A DNA stretch of 64,000 nt, from NCBI GenBank assembly GCA_043812655.1, contig JBDRLW010000003.1, forward strand, positions 21,125 through 85,124. The letters are read 5' to 3'. The number at the start of each line of letters is the position of its first letter. Within the stretch, counting starts at the first letter, position 1. A model generated the notes under the pieces. The model did no database searches and had not been told where the DNA came from. It saw only the letters and a list, made by a program, of their open reading frames with translations. This DNA is from a bacterium (lineage in GTDB: Bacteria > Margulisbacteria > WOR-1 > O2-12-FULL-45-9 > XYB2-FULL-48-7). A program made the translations under genes and the position numbers. Positions 19,654 through 28,043 of the stretch are shown in pieces.

Positions 19654-20390
19654 TCCACCCCAATCTCTTCTACGGGTTTGCGAAGTTGCTTGTTTTTATC
19701 CCAATAATCAATAATTTCTTCGAGCTTAATCAGTCGATCCTTCCCCTTTAAGTCCCTATAGATGTAGCGACAAAACACTAAGTCTTCTGGGTAATCTACG
19801 GTTATCCGAATATCCGATCTTCTTAATTTTGATTCCGGACTTACCATCAAAACCTTAAAATCATCCTGATTATCAAAGATATAGGAGGTAATTAATTCTT
19901 TGTTGCGCTGTGTTCCATTCTTGTGGGATTTTTGCATCGATCCAAGGTCCATAATTGCAAAACTCGCCCCGTCAGGAAGCTCAGAAATGCTAGATAAGTG
20001 TAGCTTATCTTCAACGAACTTGGCAAATAACTCGTCGATTCGATCGTAATATAAATATGGGGATTCGGTTGAGTCAAGCAAGGCAACCTCAGTTCCAAAT
20101 TTTTTAGCCGCCTCAATAATCCTGCCAAGCATGTCTTCTTCACTGCCAAACATATAGTTCCATCCCTGTTTTTCGGCTAATTCGGCAAACCCATAATTTT
20201 GCTTCCCTTCTGCAATGGCTAGGCAGATTGAATCAACACTCTTAATCTGCTTAATGTGTTTAACTAGGTATTCAAGAATTGTTATCCTATTTTCAATGTC
20301 TAGAAATTGTAGGGGTTTCCCATACAAACGGGTTCCGCCCACCCGGCAAGGTAAAATAGCATCAAATTTAATGTTCTTCATTTTTTCCAT
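19626..20390 (-). CDS. cytidylyltransferase, acylneuraminate cytidylyltransferase family (SpsF/PseF/NeuA-like)
   Basis: N-terminal 'AILPCRVGGTRLYGKPL' matches the nucleotide-binding motif of SpsF/NeuA-type CMP-sugar synthetases. Length 254 aa. Confidence 0.55.
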   Translation of the reverse strand: MEKMKNIKFDAILPCRVGGTRLYGKPLQFLDIENRITILEYLVKHIKQIKSVDSICLAIAEGKQNYGFAELAEKQGWNYMFGSEEDMLGRIIEAAKKFGTEVALLDSTESPYLYYDRIDELFAKFVEDKLHLSSISELPDGASFAIMDLGSMQKSHKNGTQRNKELITSYIFDNQDDFKVLMVSPESKLRRSDIRITVDYPEDLVFCRYIYRDLKGKDRLIKLEEIIDYWDKNKQLRKPVEEIGVDWGHGRIWK

Positions 20391-20399
20391 TTATGAAAG

Positions 20400-21188
20400 T
20401 TAAAACAAGCTTTTTGAGATGCCTCCATCGATCTGGATCGTCGTTCCTGTTATACCACAAGCCTGTTCAGAGCATAAAAATGTAACCAAATCACCCAATT
20501 CTTTTGGTTCCTGGTATCTCCTTAGAGGTAGATCCTTTACCGCATTCTTTTCAAATTCTTCGACCGTAATATTTTGTTTTTTTGCCGCATTAGTCATTAG
20601 CTCAATTGCCCTGTCAGTTTTAAAAGCACCCGGACATATATTATTAATTGTAATATTATCTTTGATCAATTCCCTAGATAGAGATTTCGCCATACTAATA
20701 ACCCCAGTTCTAAAAACGTTTGAGAGGATTAGAGTTTCGGCTGGTTCTTTAACCGTTAGCGAGGTGGAATTTATAATTCTCCCCCATTTATTCTCCTTCA
20801 TCACCGGAATTACCAGGCGACACAGCCGAACAACATACATCAATAATGAATTAAAGGCTTTTTCCCACTCCTCATTCTTAAGATCAAAAAAGCTTCCTGG
20901 AGGTGGACCACCCGAATTATTCACTAATATATCAATTCGGCCAAACTTATTAAGGGTTTCCTTTACGATTCGCTCGTTATCAGTTTGCGATGACATATCT
21001 GCTTCTAAAGCTAAAACACTTACCCCAAGATCAGCCAGCTCTTTTCTGGTTGTATCTAGCGAGGGACGGTCATTTGCACAAATCGCTATGGCCACTCCTT
21101 CCTTGGCAAGTTGAAGAGCACACCCTTTACCCAAGCCCTTACTCGCTCCCCCAATTAACGCAACTCTGCCTTTTAATTTTAGATCCAT
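20400..21188 (-). CDS. SDR family oxidoreductase
   Basis: 'GRVALIGGASKGLGKG', 'NNSG' and a YxxxK region are classical SDR features. Confidence 0.65.
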   Translation of the reverse strand: MDLKLKGRVALIGGASKGLGKGCALQLAKEGVAIAICANDRPSLDTTRKELADLGVSVLALEADMSSQTDNERIVKETLNKFGRIDILVNNSGGPPPGSFFDLKNEEWEKAFNSLLMYVVRLCRLVIPVMKENKWGRIINSTSLTVKEPAETLILSNVFRTGVISMAKSLSRELIKDNITINNICPGAFKTDRAIELMTNAAKKQNITVEEFEKNAVKDLPLRRYQEPKELGDLVTFLCSEQACGITGTTIQIDGGISKSLF

Positions 21189-21190
21189 AA

Positions 21191-22207
21191 TTATTTACTC
21201 CTTAAGTCAGATGGCTTGATCTCTTCATCGCAATTAATATCTTGTAATGCAATTCGGCCGATAAGCTCCATAAACCTTAAAGGCTCAAGGCCAGTCCCCG
21301 GTCGTTTAAATTCAAGATCGCTCCGCTCAATCGCTTTCCCCTTAGGTATCTTTTTTGCAGCAACGATACTTCTACGCATAATCGAGCGATCAATCATTTC
21401 TCCAGGTGCTAACACCTTATTTTTAATATTCATACTTTCCTTCATTTTAACGGCTAAGCCAACGGCCTGCTTCATTTCCTCCGGCTCAAGACATACGTGC
21501 CAATCAGGTCCTTTTTCAGCGCGGGATAAAGCAATATGCTTGGAAACAATATCGGCTCCGGCAGCTACTGCAGCCGCCGGTCCCCAAATCGCGGAGGTAT
21601 GGTCAATATATCCGGCCGGGAGAGCATATTGCTCTTTAATCGCCGAAAGATAACCTAAAGAAGTATGTTCAATCTCAACCCCATGTTCACCGCTTGCCAT
21701 CGTATGTTGGCCATGCAACAGTGCAAATTCCGCCTTACCTAGGGTTCTTATCCGATTTAAAGCCCATTCAACTTCAGTCACATTAGCTAATGGTAGACTA
21801 AGGAAAAAGGGCAAGCCACTATCACGAACAGCATCGATCATATCTGGGTTGGTCAAATCGGATGCATTAATATTAAAGCCTGAGCAACCAGCTTTAGCCA
21901 ACGGCTCTACTAGTTTATGACTTAAAGTCGTTGCAATAAAGCCTAATCCCTTATTTTGCGCAGCTGCAATCAAGTCCCGATGCTGTTCGTCAGAAAATTC
22001 ACGCCCCAAATATAGTACATAGCCAGGGTTACTCTTTACATAAAAATCCCCTGCACGGGCTAATTGAAACTCAATCGCATCTGCTCCGGTCTTAGCAACG
22101 ACATCGACCATAGCCAAGGCTCTTGTAAAGTCTCCAAGATTTGCCTGACCTTCCTCTATCATAAAAAAAAGCTTATCGGCACCTATCTGTTTGTCCCCTA
22201 TTTGCAT
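21191..22207 (-). CDS. second NeuB-family nonulosonic acid synthase paralog (TIM barrel plus C-terminal SAF domain)
   Basis: 'GADKLFFMIEEGQANLGDFTRALAMVDVVAKTGADAIEFQL' is a NeuB-like N-terminus. The C-terminal SAF-like 'IAAKKIPKGKAIERSDLEFKRP' is present. Confidence 0.65.
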   Translation of the reverse strand: MQIGDKQIGADKLFFMIEEGQANLGDFTRALAMVDVVAKTGADAIEFQLARAGDFYVKSNPGYVLYLGREFSDEQHRDLIAAAQNKGLGFIATTLSHKLVEPLAKAGCSGFNINASDLTNPDMIDAVRDSGLPFFLSLPLANVTEVEWALNRIRTLGKAEFALLHGQHTMASGEHGVEIEHTSLGYLSAIKEQYALPAGYIDHTSAIWGPAAAVAAGADIVSKHIALSRAEKGPDWHVCLEPEEMKQAVGLAVKMKESMNIKNKVLAPGEMIDRSIMRRSIVAAKKIPKGKAIERSDLEFKRPGTGLEPLRFMELIGRIALQDINCDEEIKPSDLRSK

Positions 22208-23331
22208 CTAACCACCTTGTTAATTACCTCAATCACCCTAGCAATATCTTTATCGCTCATTTTCGGGAACATCGGGATGGAGAGCGCTTTTCCGTAGAAA
22301 TCTTCCGCCCTGGGGCATAAACCGGAAGTATATCCCAGTTTCTGATAATAAGGTTGAAGATAAACGGGAATATAGTGGACATTAACGATGATGTCGGCCG
22401 CCCGTAATTCGTTAAAAATTCGCTGTCGGTCCTTGACTATTAAAACATACAGATGATAGGCAGATCTTGCCTGCGCAGACTCATTAATAACGGTGATCCC
22501 AGCATTATGACTAAACGCTTCATTGTATATTAAAGCAATCTCTCGACGGCGGTCGACAAATTCATCCAATTTCGCTAGCTGACTAATCCCTAAAGCGCAC
22601 TGGAGATCACTCAGCCGGTAATTTAAACCCAACTCATTCATCTCATAGTACCAGACCCCGTCATTTTTTGTTAAGTATTTGTCATCCCGTGTTATGCCAT
22701 GAGACCTGAATAATTTCAATTTCTCGTATAATTCTTCATTATTAGTCAAGACCATCCCCCCCTCACCAGTCGTAATGTGCTTTACAGCATGAAAACTCAA
22801 GATCGTCATGTCAGAATATTTACATGAGCCGATCTTACTCGCTTTGTATTCCGCCCCCAGTGCGTGCGCTGCGTCTTCGATCACAATCAAATTATTAGCC
22901 CGAGCGATGGCCCAAATCTCTTCGAGATCGCACGGATTTCCCGCAAAGTGGATAGGAATAATGGCTTTTGTTCTGGCAGTTATTTTCTTCTGTATTTCTT
23001 GAGGATCGATATTAATGGCGTCGCCCTGGACATCGGCAAAGACCGGCCGGGCACCGCAATACATAACGCAATTAGCTGAAGCAACAAACGTTATGGGGGA
23101 AGTAATGACCTCGTCACCGGCGGTGATCCCAGCCGCTAAACAAGCAATATGCAAGGCCGAAGTGCCGCTGTTAACCGCGACCCCATATTTTGCGCCGCAA
23201 TATTCAGCAACTTTTGATTCGAACTCATTTACCAGGGGTCCCTGTGTGAGATTAGCCGACTTTAAAGCGGCCACGACCGCTTCAATATCATCATCGTCAA
23301 TCCACTGCGTGGCATAGGGTATCTTATCCAA
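22198..23331 (-). CDS. DegT/DnrJ/EryC1/StrS family PLP-dependent sugar aminotransferase (PseC/ArnB-like)
   Basis: 'AVNSGTSALHIA', 'DAAHALGA' and 'LSFHAVKHITTGEGG' (PLP-Lys region) are typical of DegT-family enzymes. Confidence 0.75.
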   Translation of the reverse strand: MDKIPYATQWIDDDDIEAVVAALKSANLTQGPLVNEFESKVAEYCGAKYGVAVNSGTSALHIACLAAGITAGDEVITSPITFVASANCVMYCGARPVFADVQGDAINIDPQEIQKKITARTKAIIPIHFAGNPCDLEEIWAIARANNLIVIEDAAHALGAEYKASKIGSCKYSDMTILSFHAVKHITTGEGGMVLTNNEELYEKLKLFRSHGITRDDKYLTKNDGVWYYEMNELGLNYRLSDLQCALGISQLAKLDEFVDRRREIALIYNEAFSHNAGITVINESAQARSAYHLYVLIVKDRQRIFNELRAADIIVNVHYIPVYLQPYYQKLGYTSGLCPRAEDFYGKALSIPMFPKMSDKDIARVIEVINKVVRCK

Positions 23332-23333
23332 GT

Positions 23334-24320
23334 TTAAGCCCCTATCATTTTATTGAGTTGCGGTATCGTAAGCCATTCATTGTTCGTGTCACTACTGTAA
23401 TAAAAATCCGCCTTGACCTTTTTACCCCGGGGATGATTGTTTGAGTCCCACCAGTTAAAGTCAGGTTCAATCACAAAACAATCATCAAGCTCTACCGTGT
23501 GCCTGGCGTCATCGGCCGAGATCATCACTTCGTGAAGCTTTTCACCCGCCCGGATGCCAATGAAGTTAACTTTACAATCAGGAGCGACGGCCTTTTTAAG
23601 GTCCATTATGTTCATGCTCGGAATCTTGGGAACAAAAACCTCTCCGCCGTGCATCCTCTCAAAATTCTTCAGTACAAACCTGACCCCCAGTTCCAGTGTT
23701 ATCCAAAACCGCGTCATCCGCTTATCGGTTATCGGGATAACCCCTTCTTTCATTTTCTCTCTAAAAAATGGAACCACACTCCCCCTGCTGCCTACTACAT
23801 TCCCATATCTAACAACCGCAAACCTGGTTCCTTGCAATCCCGAATATGAATTAGCGGCGGTAAATAATTTGTCAGAACAAAGCTTTGTCGCTCCGTAAAG
23901 GTTCACTGGATTACAAGCTTTATCAGTACTTAAGGCTATGACCTTTTTCACTTTGTGCTGCAGTGCCGTTTCGATAATGTTCATTGCTCCTAATACATTG
24001 GTTTTAATCGCTTCCGAGGGATTGTATTCCATAGAAGGGACGATCTTTAATGCGGCAGCATGAACAACATAATCAACCCCCGACATAGCTAAAGAAAGTC
24101 GTTCTTTATCCCGCACGTCTCCAATAAAAAATCGAACATTTTTGTCTTTTTCATAACCTTGCTGCATTTCAAATTGTTTCATCTCATCGCGGCTATAAAT
24201 AATTAGTTTTTTGGGCTTATATTCTTTCAATACTATTTCTATAAGTTTTTTACCGAACGAACCAGTTCCTCCTGTCACCAGTACAACCGCACCATCAAAA
24301 CAACCTTGCTTTTTATTCAT
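23334..24320 (-). CDS. UDP-N-acetylglucosamine 4,6-dehydratase (PseB/FlaA1/CapD short form)
   Basis: 'VLVTGGTGSFGKKL' Rossmann motif and 'YGATKLCSDKLF' (YxxxK). Length about 328 aa fits the PseB/FlaA1 family. Confidence 0.75.
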   Translation of the reverse strand: MNKKQGCFDGAVVLVTGGTGSFGKKLIEIVLKEYKPKKLIIYSRDEMKQFEMQQGYEKDKNVRFFIGDVRDKERLSLAMSGVDYVVHAAALKIVPSMEYNPSEAIKTNVLGAMNIIETALQHKVKKVIALSTDKACNPVNLYGATKLCSDKLFTAANSYSGLQGTRFAVVRYGNVVGSRGSVVPFFREKMKEGVIPITDKRMTRFWITLELGVRFVLKNFERMHGGEVFVPKIPSMNIMDLKKAVAPDCKVNFIGIRAGEKLHEVMISADDARHTVELDDCFVIEPDFNWWDSNNHPRGKKVKADFYYSSDTNNEWLTIPQLNKMIGA

Positions 24321-24540
24321 CTAATTTCTCAACCACCTTTTTATATGCTTTTTTTACCTTACTTGGGAGTGTCGGGTTCAACATTGCCAGTAATTCATGC
24401 CCAAGTATCCGATATTGGCCCCCGATCTTACCAGCGCGCAACACCCCCTTCTTTATTAAACGGCGGAAAGTGGAATCGGAGATCTTGAGCAGTTTTTGTG
24501 CTTCTTCCGAAGTATAAACTTCAGCTTCTTGAAGTATCAT
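24313..24540 (-). CDS. helix-turn-helix DNA-binding protein, excisionase/MerR-like family
   Basis: 75 aa. 'YTSEEAQKLLKISDSTFRRLIKKGVLRAGKIGGQYRI' matches the excisionase-family HTH pattern. Confidence 0.5.
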   Translation of the reverse strand: MILQEAEVYTSEEAQKLLKISDSTFRRLIKKGVLRAGKIGGQYRILGHELLAMLNPTLPSKVKKAYKKVVEKLDE

Positions 24541-24605
24541 GTTGCTATTATAAATAGGTATGCAAAACTTGTCAAGAGGCTATCAATAGTAGTCAACAGT
24601 AGTCA

Positions 24606-25514
24606 CTAATTGGCGGCTATCTTATGCCAATATTCTTGAATAAATAAGAAGAACACGCCAGCAAATAATCCGAGCGCCACCCCGATCATCACATTCAATT
24701 TAGTCCGTGGCCTACTCTTCGACTCTGGTTTTTCAGCTTTATCAACTACGGAAAAAGGTGGGATTTCTTTTGAAGCCTCAAGCTTGTTAGATTCCTTTTC
24801 CCGGCGCAACATAGTGTAAATAGAATTATATATCTCATAATCTCTTTGCAACCCACTTTGCCCCCCACCGAGAGGACTCCCTACAGAAGATAGCGGAACT
24901 AATTTCAATTTATCTTCAACTACTTTTAAATCCTTCTCCACTCGTGGCAACTCCTGTTCAATATATTTAAGTTTTTTTTGAGTTTCGGTAAAATTAAGCT
25001 CATTCCAATAATACTCTATAGCACTAATAAAACCATCGGCAACATCGGCCGCCAGCTGCGGTTCATTCGCTTCAACCTTAAGCTCTAAGATATTCCCATT
25101 CATTTTTGGCGGTTTCAGCATCCCTCTAACCGCTAAAACCAGATTTTTCCTTTTAAGTTTTGGGTTATCCCACCCTTTTATTCTTTTGGTTAGATCAAGA
25201 TCGTCAAGCACCTTAGCCGCTACTACTTTACTTTTTAAAAGTTCCGTAATGTCTCCCGCTCCTCCTCCTCCTCCTCCTCCTAAATTGACACCCAGCATGC
25301 TAGCCATCCCAGCATATTGCGATAAATTCCCGCCACCGCCCGAGCGGAATAAAAGAGTCGTTTTAGCTTCATAAACCAGCGGCTGCCTAAAGCTATAAAA
25401 TAAAGCCGCAATCGCAACAAATAATGTTACAAGCGCGATCGTTTTCCATTTTTTTAATATTACTTCAAGATATTCCCGCAAGTCAATTTCGTCGTCGTAA
25501 GATTCATTTGTCAT
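24606..25514 (-). CDS. wzz: polysaccharide chain-length determinant (Wzz/PCP family) with internal poly-Gly tract
   Basis: N-terminal 'REYLEVILKKWKTIALVTLFVAIAALFYSF' is a Wzz-like N-terminal TM segment. Central coiled region present. C-terminal TM 'IGVALGLFAGVFFLFI'. Confidence 0.6.
   Translation of the reverse strand: MTNESYDDEIDLREYLEVILKKWKTIALVTLFVAIAALFYSFRQPLVYEAKTTLLFRSGGGGNLSQYAGMASMLGVNLGGGGGGGAGDITELLKSKVVAAKVLDDLDLTKRIKGWDNPKLKRKNLVLAVRGMLKPPKMNGNILELKVEANEPQLAADVADGFISAIEYYWNELNFTETQKKLKYIEQELPRVEKDLKVVEDKLKLVPLSSVGSPLGGGQSGLQRDYEIYNSIYTMLRREKESNKLEASKEIPPFSVVDKAEKPESKSRPRTKLNVMIGVALGLFAGVFFLFIQEYWHKIAAN
25259..25283. repeat. (CCT)n trinucleotide tract encoding poly-Gly within wzz
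   Basis: 'tcctcctcctcctcctcctcct' read directly. It encodes the GGGGGGG run in the Wzz ORF. Confidence 0.7.
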
Positions 25515-25520
25515 CGTTTA

Positions 25521-25653
25521 GGCCTCCTTTAACTTATGAACTTAGGAACTAAAGAACGAAAAAACTTAGAAACTAAGGGACTAAAGAACTTAAAGACTTA
25601 AAACCAAGGGACTAAAAAACCAAAGAACTTAAAAAACAAAAGAACCTAGGAAC
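25521..25653. repeat. AAGAAC/ACTAAAGAAC-word-rich degenerate repeat (left inverted repeat of the TA/four-helix-bundle cassette)
   Basis: Read directly: 'gggactaaagaact...gggactaaaaaaccaaagaactt...aggaacttaagaac'. A reverse-complement copy lies at 27011-27050. Confidence 0.55.
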
Positions 25654-26052
25654 TTAAGAACTGCGAGTCATGCCATCCTTGCGAACTCTAGATGTAAAAG
25701 CTTTGAGTTGGCGGAAAATGTTTTCCGCTTTACTTAAGTACAATTTATGGTCAGCATCAATAATGTATCCATCGTCCAATGCCGCGTCCAAACAAGCCAC
25801 CACTTCACCAACCGAAGTTAAAGCTGTATTGAGAAATCTGCTAAAATCAACATCCGAATATCTTTCCGATCCTTCGGCAATATTTAGTAGGATTGAGTCC
25901 ATGGCTCGCCATAATTGTGAAGTTAAACAATATTGTTCTTCTTTAGGGAATTTTTTCTTGCTTAATTGTTTTAATCCAACCCTAAATTCGCGAGCATCTT
26001 TGTATACCGGAAACTCTCTAAATCTAAATACGCTTATTGTTTTTTCGTTCAT
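25654..26052 (-). CDS. four-helix-bundle protein (23S rRNA intervening-sequence protein family, PF05635/TIGR02436-like)
   Basis: 'FPKEEQYCLTSQLWRAMDSILLNIAEGSERYS' matches the conserved family core (FPKEE...L.SQ.RRAa.Si..NIAEG). Confidence 0.7.
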   Translation of the reverse strand: MNEKTISVFRFREFPVYKDAREFRVGLKQLSKKKFPKEEQYCLTSQLWRAMDSILLNIAEGSERYSDVDFSRFLNTALTSVGEVVACLDAALDDGYIIDADHKLYLSKAENIFRQLKAFTSRVRKDGMTRSS

Positions 26053-26067
26053 AAGTTCATAAGTTTA

Positions 26068-26736
26068 TCAGTTTATAAGTTCTTCAGTCTTTCCGTTCTT
26101 CATGATAAAATCAATTACCCGACCAAACGAATCATCAATGAACCGTTGGTCACGGTAAGTTATTAGTTGCTTTAGCTCTGGCTGATAAACATCTTTTATG
26201 AGTTGGCAACGCTCAAGCAATATTGGCAATTTCCCCTTAAAAACATCTAAATTCGCGATAAGCTTCTCCCTATCTTCATCTATCACTACTGCCAGGTCAA
26301 AAATATCCCGGCTTTTAAACTGTTCCGCCCGATAAAATATTTTTTTGACTATTATCTCCGGCGGGGTTTCAATGTTGATTTGATAACGTCCAACCTTCAT
26401 CTTTCCAATTGGCTCCTTGGTCAAATAAGGAGCGGCAATAAAATCAATAAAAACATCACCCTTTAACTTTATTTTGAGATAATTAGATTGTTCTTCCGCT
26501 CCAGCATAATCCTTGTCGCTTTCCACATGATCATTTAAACGTGGCGATAAACACGTTAAATATTGTACGTCGGTCAAAAAAATGTCTATGTCCTTACTGT
26601 AGCGGTGATGATAATAGGACATCAACGCCGTCCCTCCGCCAAACGACCATTTATTGACCGGTATTTGTGCTGATTCCAGGTAAGCAATAGCTTTCAATAA
26701 AATTTTTTCCCACTTTTCAGTTCTATTATTTAGCAT
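26068..26736 (-). CDS. nucleotidyltransferase, AbiEii/AbiGii toxin family (type IV TA toxin-like)
   Basis: 'WSFGGGTALMSYYHHRYSKDIDIFL' matches the AbiEii GGTAL...R.S.DID NTase core. Confidence 0.6.
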   Translation of the reverse strand: MLNNRTEKWEKILLKAIAYLESAQIPVNKWSFGGGTALMSYYHHRYSKDIDIFLTDVQYLTCLSPRLNDHVESDKDYAGAEEQSNYLKIKLKGDVFIDFIAAPYLTKEPIGKMKVGRYQINIETPPEIIVKKIFYRAEQFKSRDIFDLAVVIDEDREKLIANLDVFKGKLPILLERCQLIKDVYQPELKQLITYRDQRFIDDSFGRVIDFIMKNGKTEELIN

Positions 26737-27004
26737 ACTTGAAATACTCCTCGAACATAAGGTTGCGATAATATTTTCTCACGTTTTTTTTATAATAATT
26801 CAATGTTTGTAGCGCCGTCAACTTATGTTTCTTAATAAAACTCAGGATCGTGCTTAATGGTAATTCCGTAAAAAAAGCAAAGATATGGGCGTAATACTCG
26901 GCTTTCAATAAACCACTTCGAATGAGAGCGGCCGCCGTTTCCTCAGAAATCGGCTTTTTAACTGAAATATTGATAATGGAAAACAATGAATTATCTTTTT
27001 TCAT
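26726..27004 (-). CDS. small protein upstream of an AbiEii-like NTase; putative cognate antitoxin
   Basis: 92 aa, overlapping the NTase start. It shares a 'FIKKHKLTA'/'FAKKHGRQF' motif with the small ORF at 28692-28928. Confidence 0.3.
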   Translation of the reverse strand: MKKDNSLFSIINISVKKPISEETAAALIRSGLLKAEYYAHIFAFFTELPLSTILSFIKKHKLTALQTLNYYKKNVRKYYRNLMFEEYFKYAK

Positions 27005-27010
27005 TTTTTC

Positions 27011-27050
27011 AGTTCCTTCGTTCTTTGGTTCTTTAGTCCTTTGGTCTGTT
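27011..27050. repeat. right inverted repeat of the cassette (reverse complement of the AAGAAC-rich repeat)
   Basis: Its reverse complement 'gaacagaccaaaggactaaagaaccaaagaacgaaggaac' matches 25608-25650. Confidence 0.55.
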
Positions 27051-27161
27051 CTTCCTCTTCACCATTCATTATTCACGATTCACTTAATCCTTACCATGGC
27101 TCGACAGGCTCGCCATCCCAGCCATCCCGAGCTCAGTCGAGGGACTTACTACTTAATCTTT

Positions 27162-27995
27162 TTACTTCTTAATCACGCTATATAACGTCAAGCCAAGCAT
27201 GATCGTATTAACAAAGCCGGCAAAATCGGAAAAGTAAAAGAAATTCCCTGGGACATTAATCACATCGCCCCCTAGTATTTCCACATCATTTTTCGAGTCC
27301 CCATCATAAATGATCCTTGAGGCATTGATATATTTTTTATCAGGTTTTCCGTTTGCCTGCCTGGCAATTGTCACCGAGCCTAAAAGAGCCTTGGGGCTTG
27401 GCCCGCCGGCAAAGCTGATATAGTCAGACAACTTTTTACCTGGCAAATATTCAAACCGTCCAACCTTGTTCACTTCCCCATAAACGGAAACGTATTTTTT
27501 TTCGCCCATAAAAACCGGTTGGGCGCTATCCCCTGTCGCGTAGATATTAACCATTCTCGGTTGGATCAGCCGAAACGAAAAAACATATTTTTCCTTGTAC
27601 CCGCTTTTTATTTTTTTATCGATCGCTTTTTTGGCTTCAACAATAGAAAGTCCAAGCAGGTTGATCGCCCCAACTTTTGGGAAATAAATTGTCCCTCCCG
27701 GTTCAATCGTAAATATCTGATCGAGAGACATTTCATCTTCTCCAATGATCAGATTAGCAGAAACTATATCGCCAGGGCCAAGCTTATAGGTATTAACATC
27801 GATCGCGTCACCAACATAATCAGAAGTTACTGGCAAGCTAGAAGCTGGATTAGCCGCCGCATAAGCCCTTTTAACATCAGGAATTTGAAACCCCGAGTTT
27901 TTTAGATCATCCAAATTAACAGCAAAAATCGGAGAGCTCAATAAAATTATATTAATAACAAGAAAACTAGCTATATGCTTGATGATCTTTTTCAT
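27162..27995 (-). CDS. wza: polysaccharide export protein (Wza-like: Poly_export plus SLBB domains) with signal peptide
   Basis: N-terminal signal 'MKKIIKHIASFLVINIILLSSPIFA'. 'LGPGDIV' and 'IEPGGTIYFPKVG' are Poly_export/SLBB-like. Confidence 0.6.
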   Translation of the reverse strand: MKKIIKHIASFLVINIILLSSPIFAVNLDDLKNSGFQIPDVKRAYAAANPASSLPVTSDYVGDAIDVNTYKLGPGDIVSANLIIGEDEMSLDQIFTIEPGGTIYFPKVGAINLLGLSIVEAKKAIDKKIKSGYKEKYVFSFRLIQPRMVNIYATGDSAQPVFMGEKKYVSVYGEVNKVGRFEYLPGKKLSDYISFAGGPSPKALLGSVTIARQANGKPDKKYINASRIIYDGDSKNDVEILGGDVINVPGNFFYFSDFAGFVNTIMLGLTLYSVIKK

Positions 27996-28043
27996 AATCT
28001 CCCCCCCCCATTGATTTTATTTTACCAGATATTAGGCACATAT

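Noticed and set aside
20419-21114. 231-aa ORF antisense to the SDR gene
   Set aside because: Low-complexity Ser/Leu/Ile-rich translation with no motifs. It overlaps a canonical SDR on the other strand.
25515-25653. Possible CRISPR array or tandem repeat array in the AAGAAC-rich spacer
   Set aside because: No regular repeat-spacer periodicity. It is a degenerate word-rich repeat with an inverted partner at 27011-27050, more consistent with element termini.
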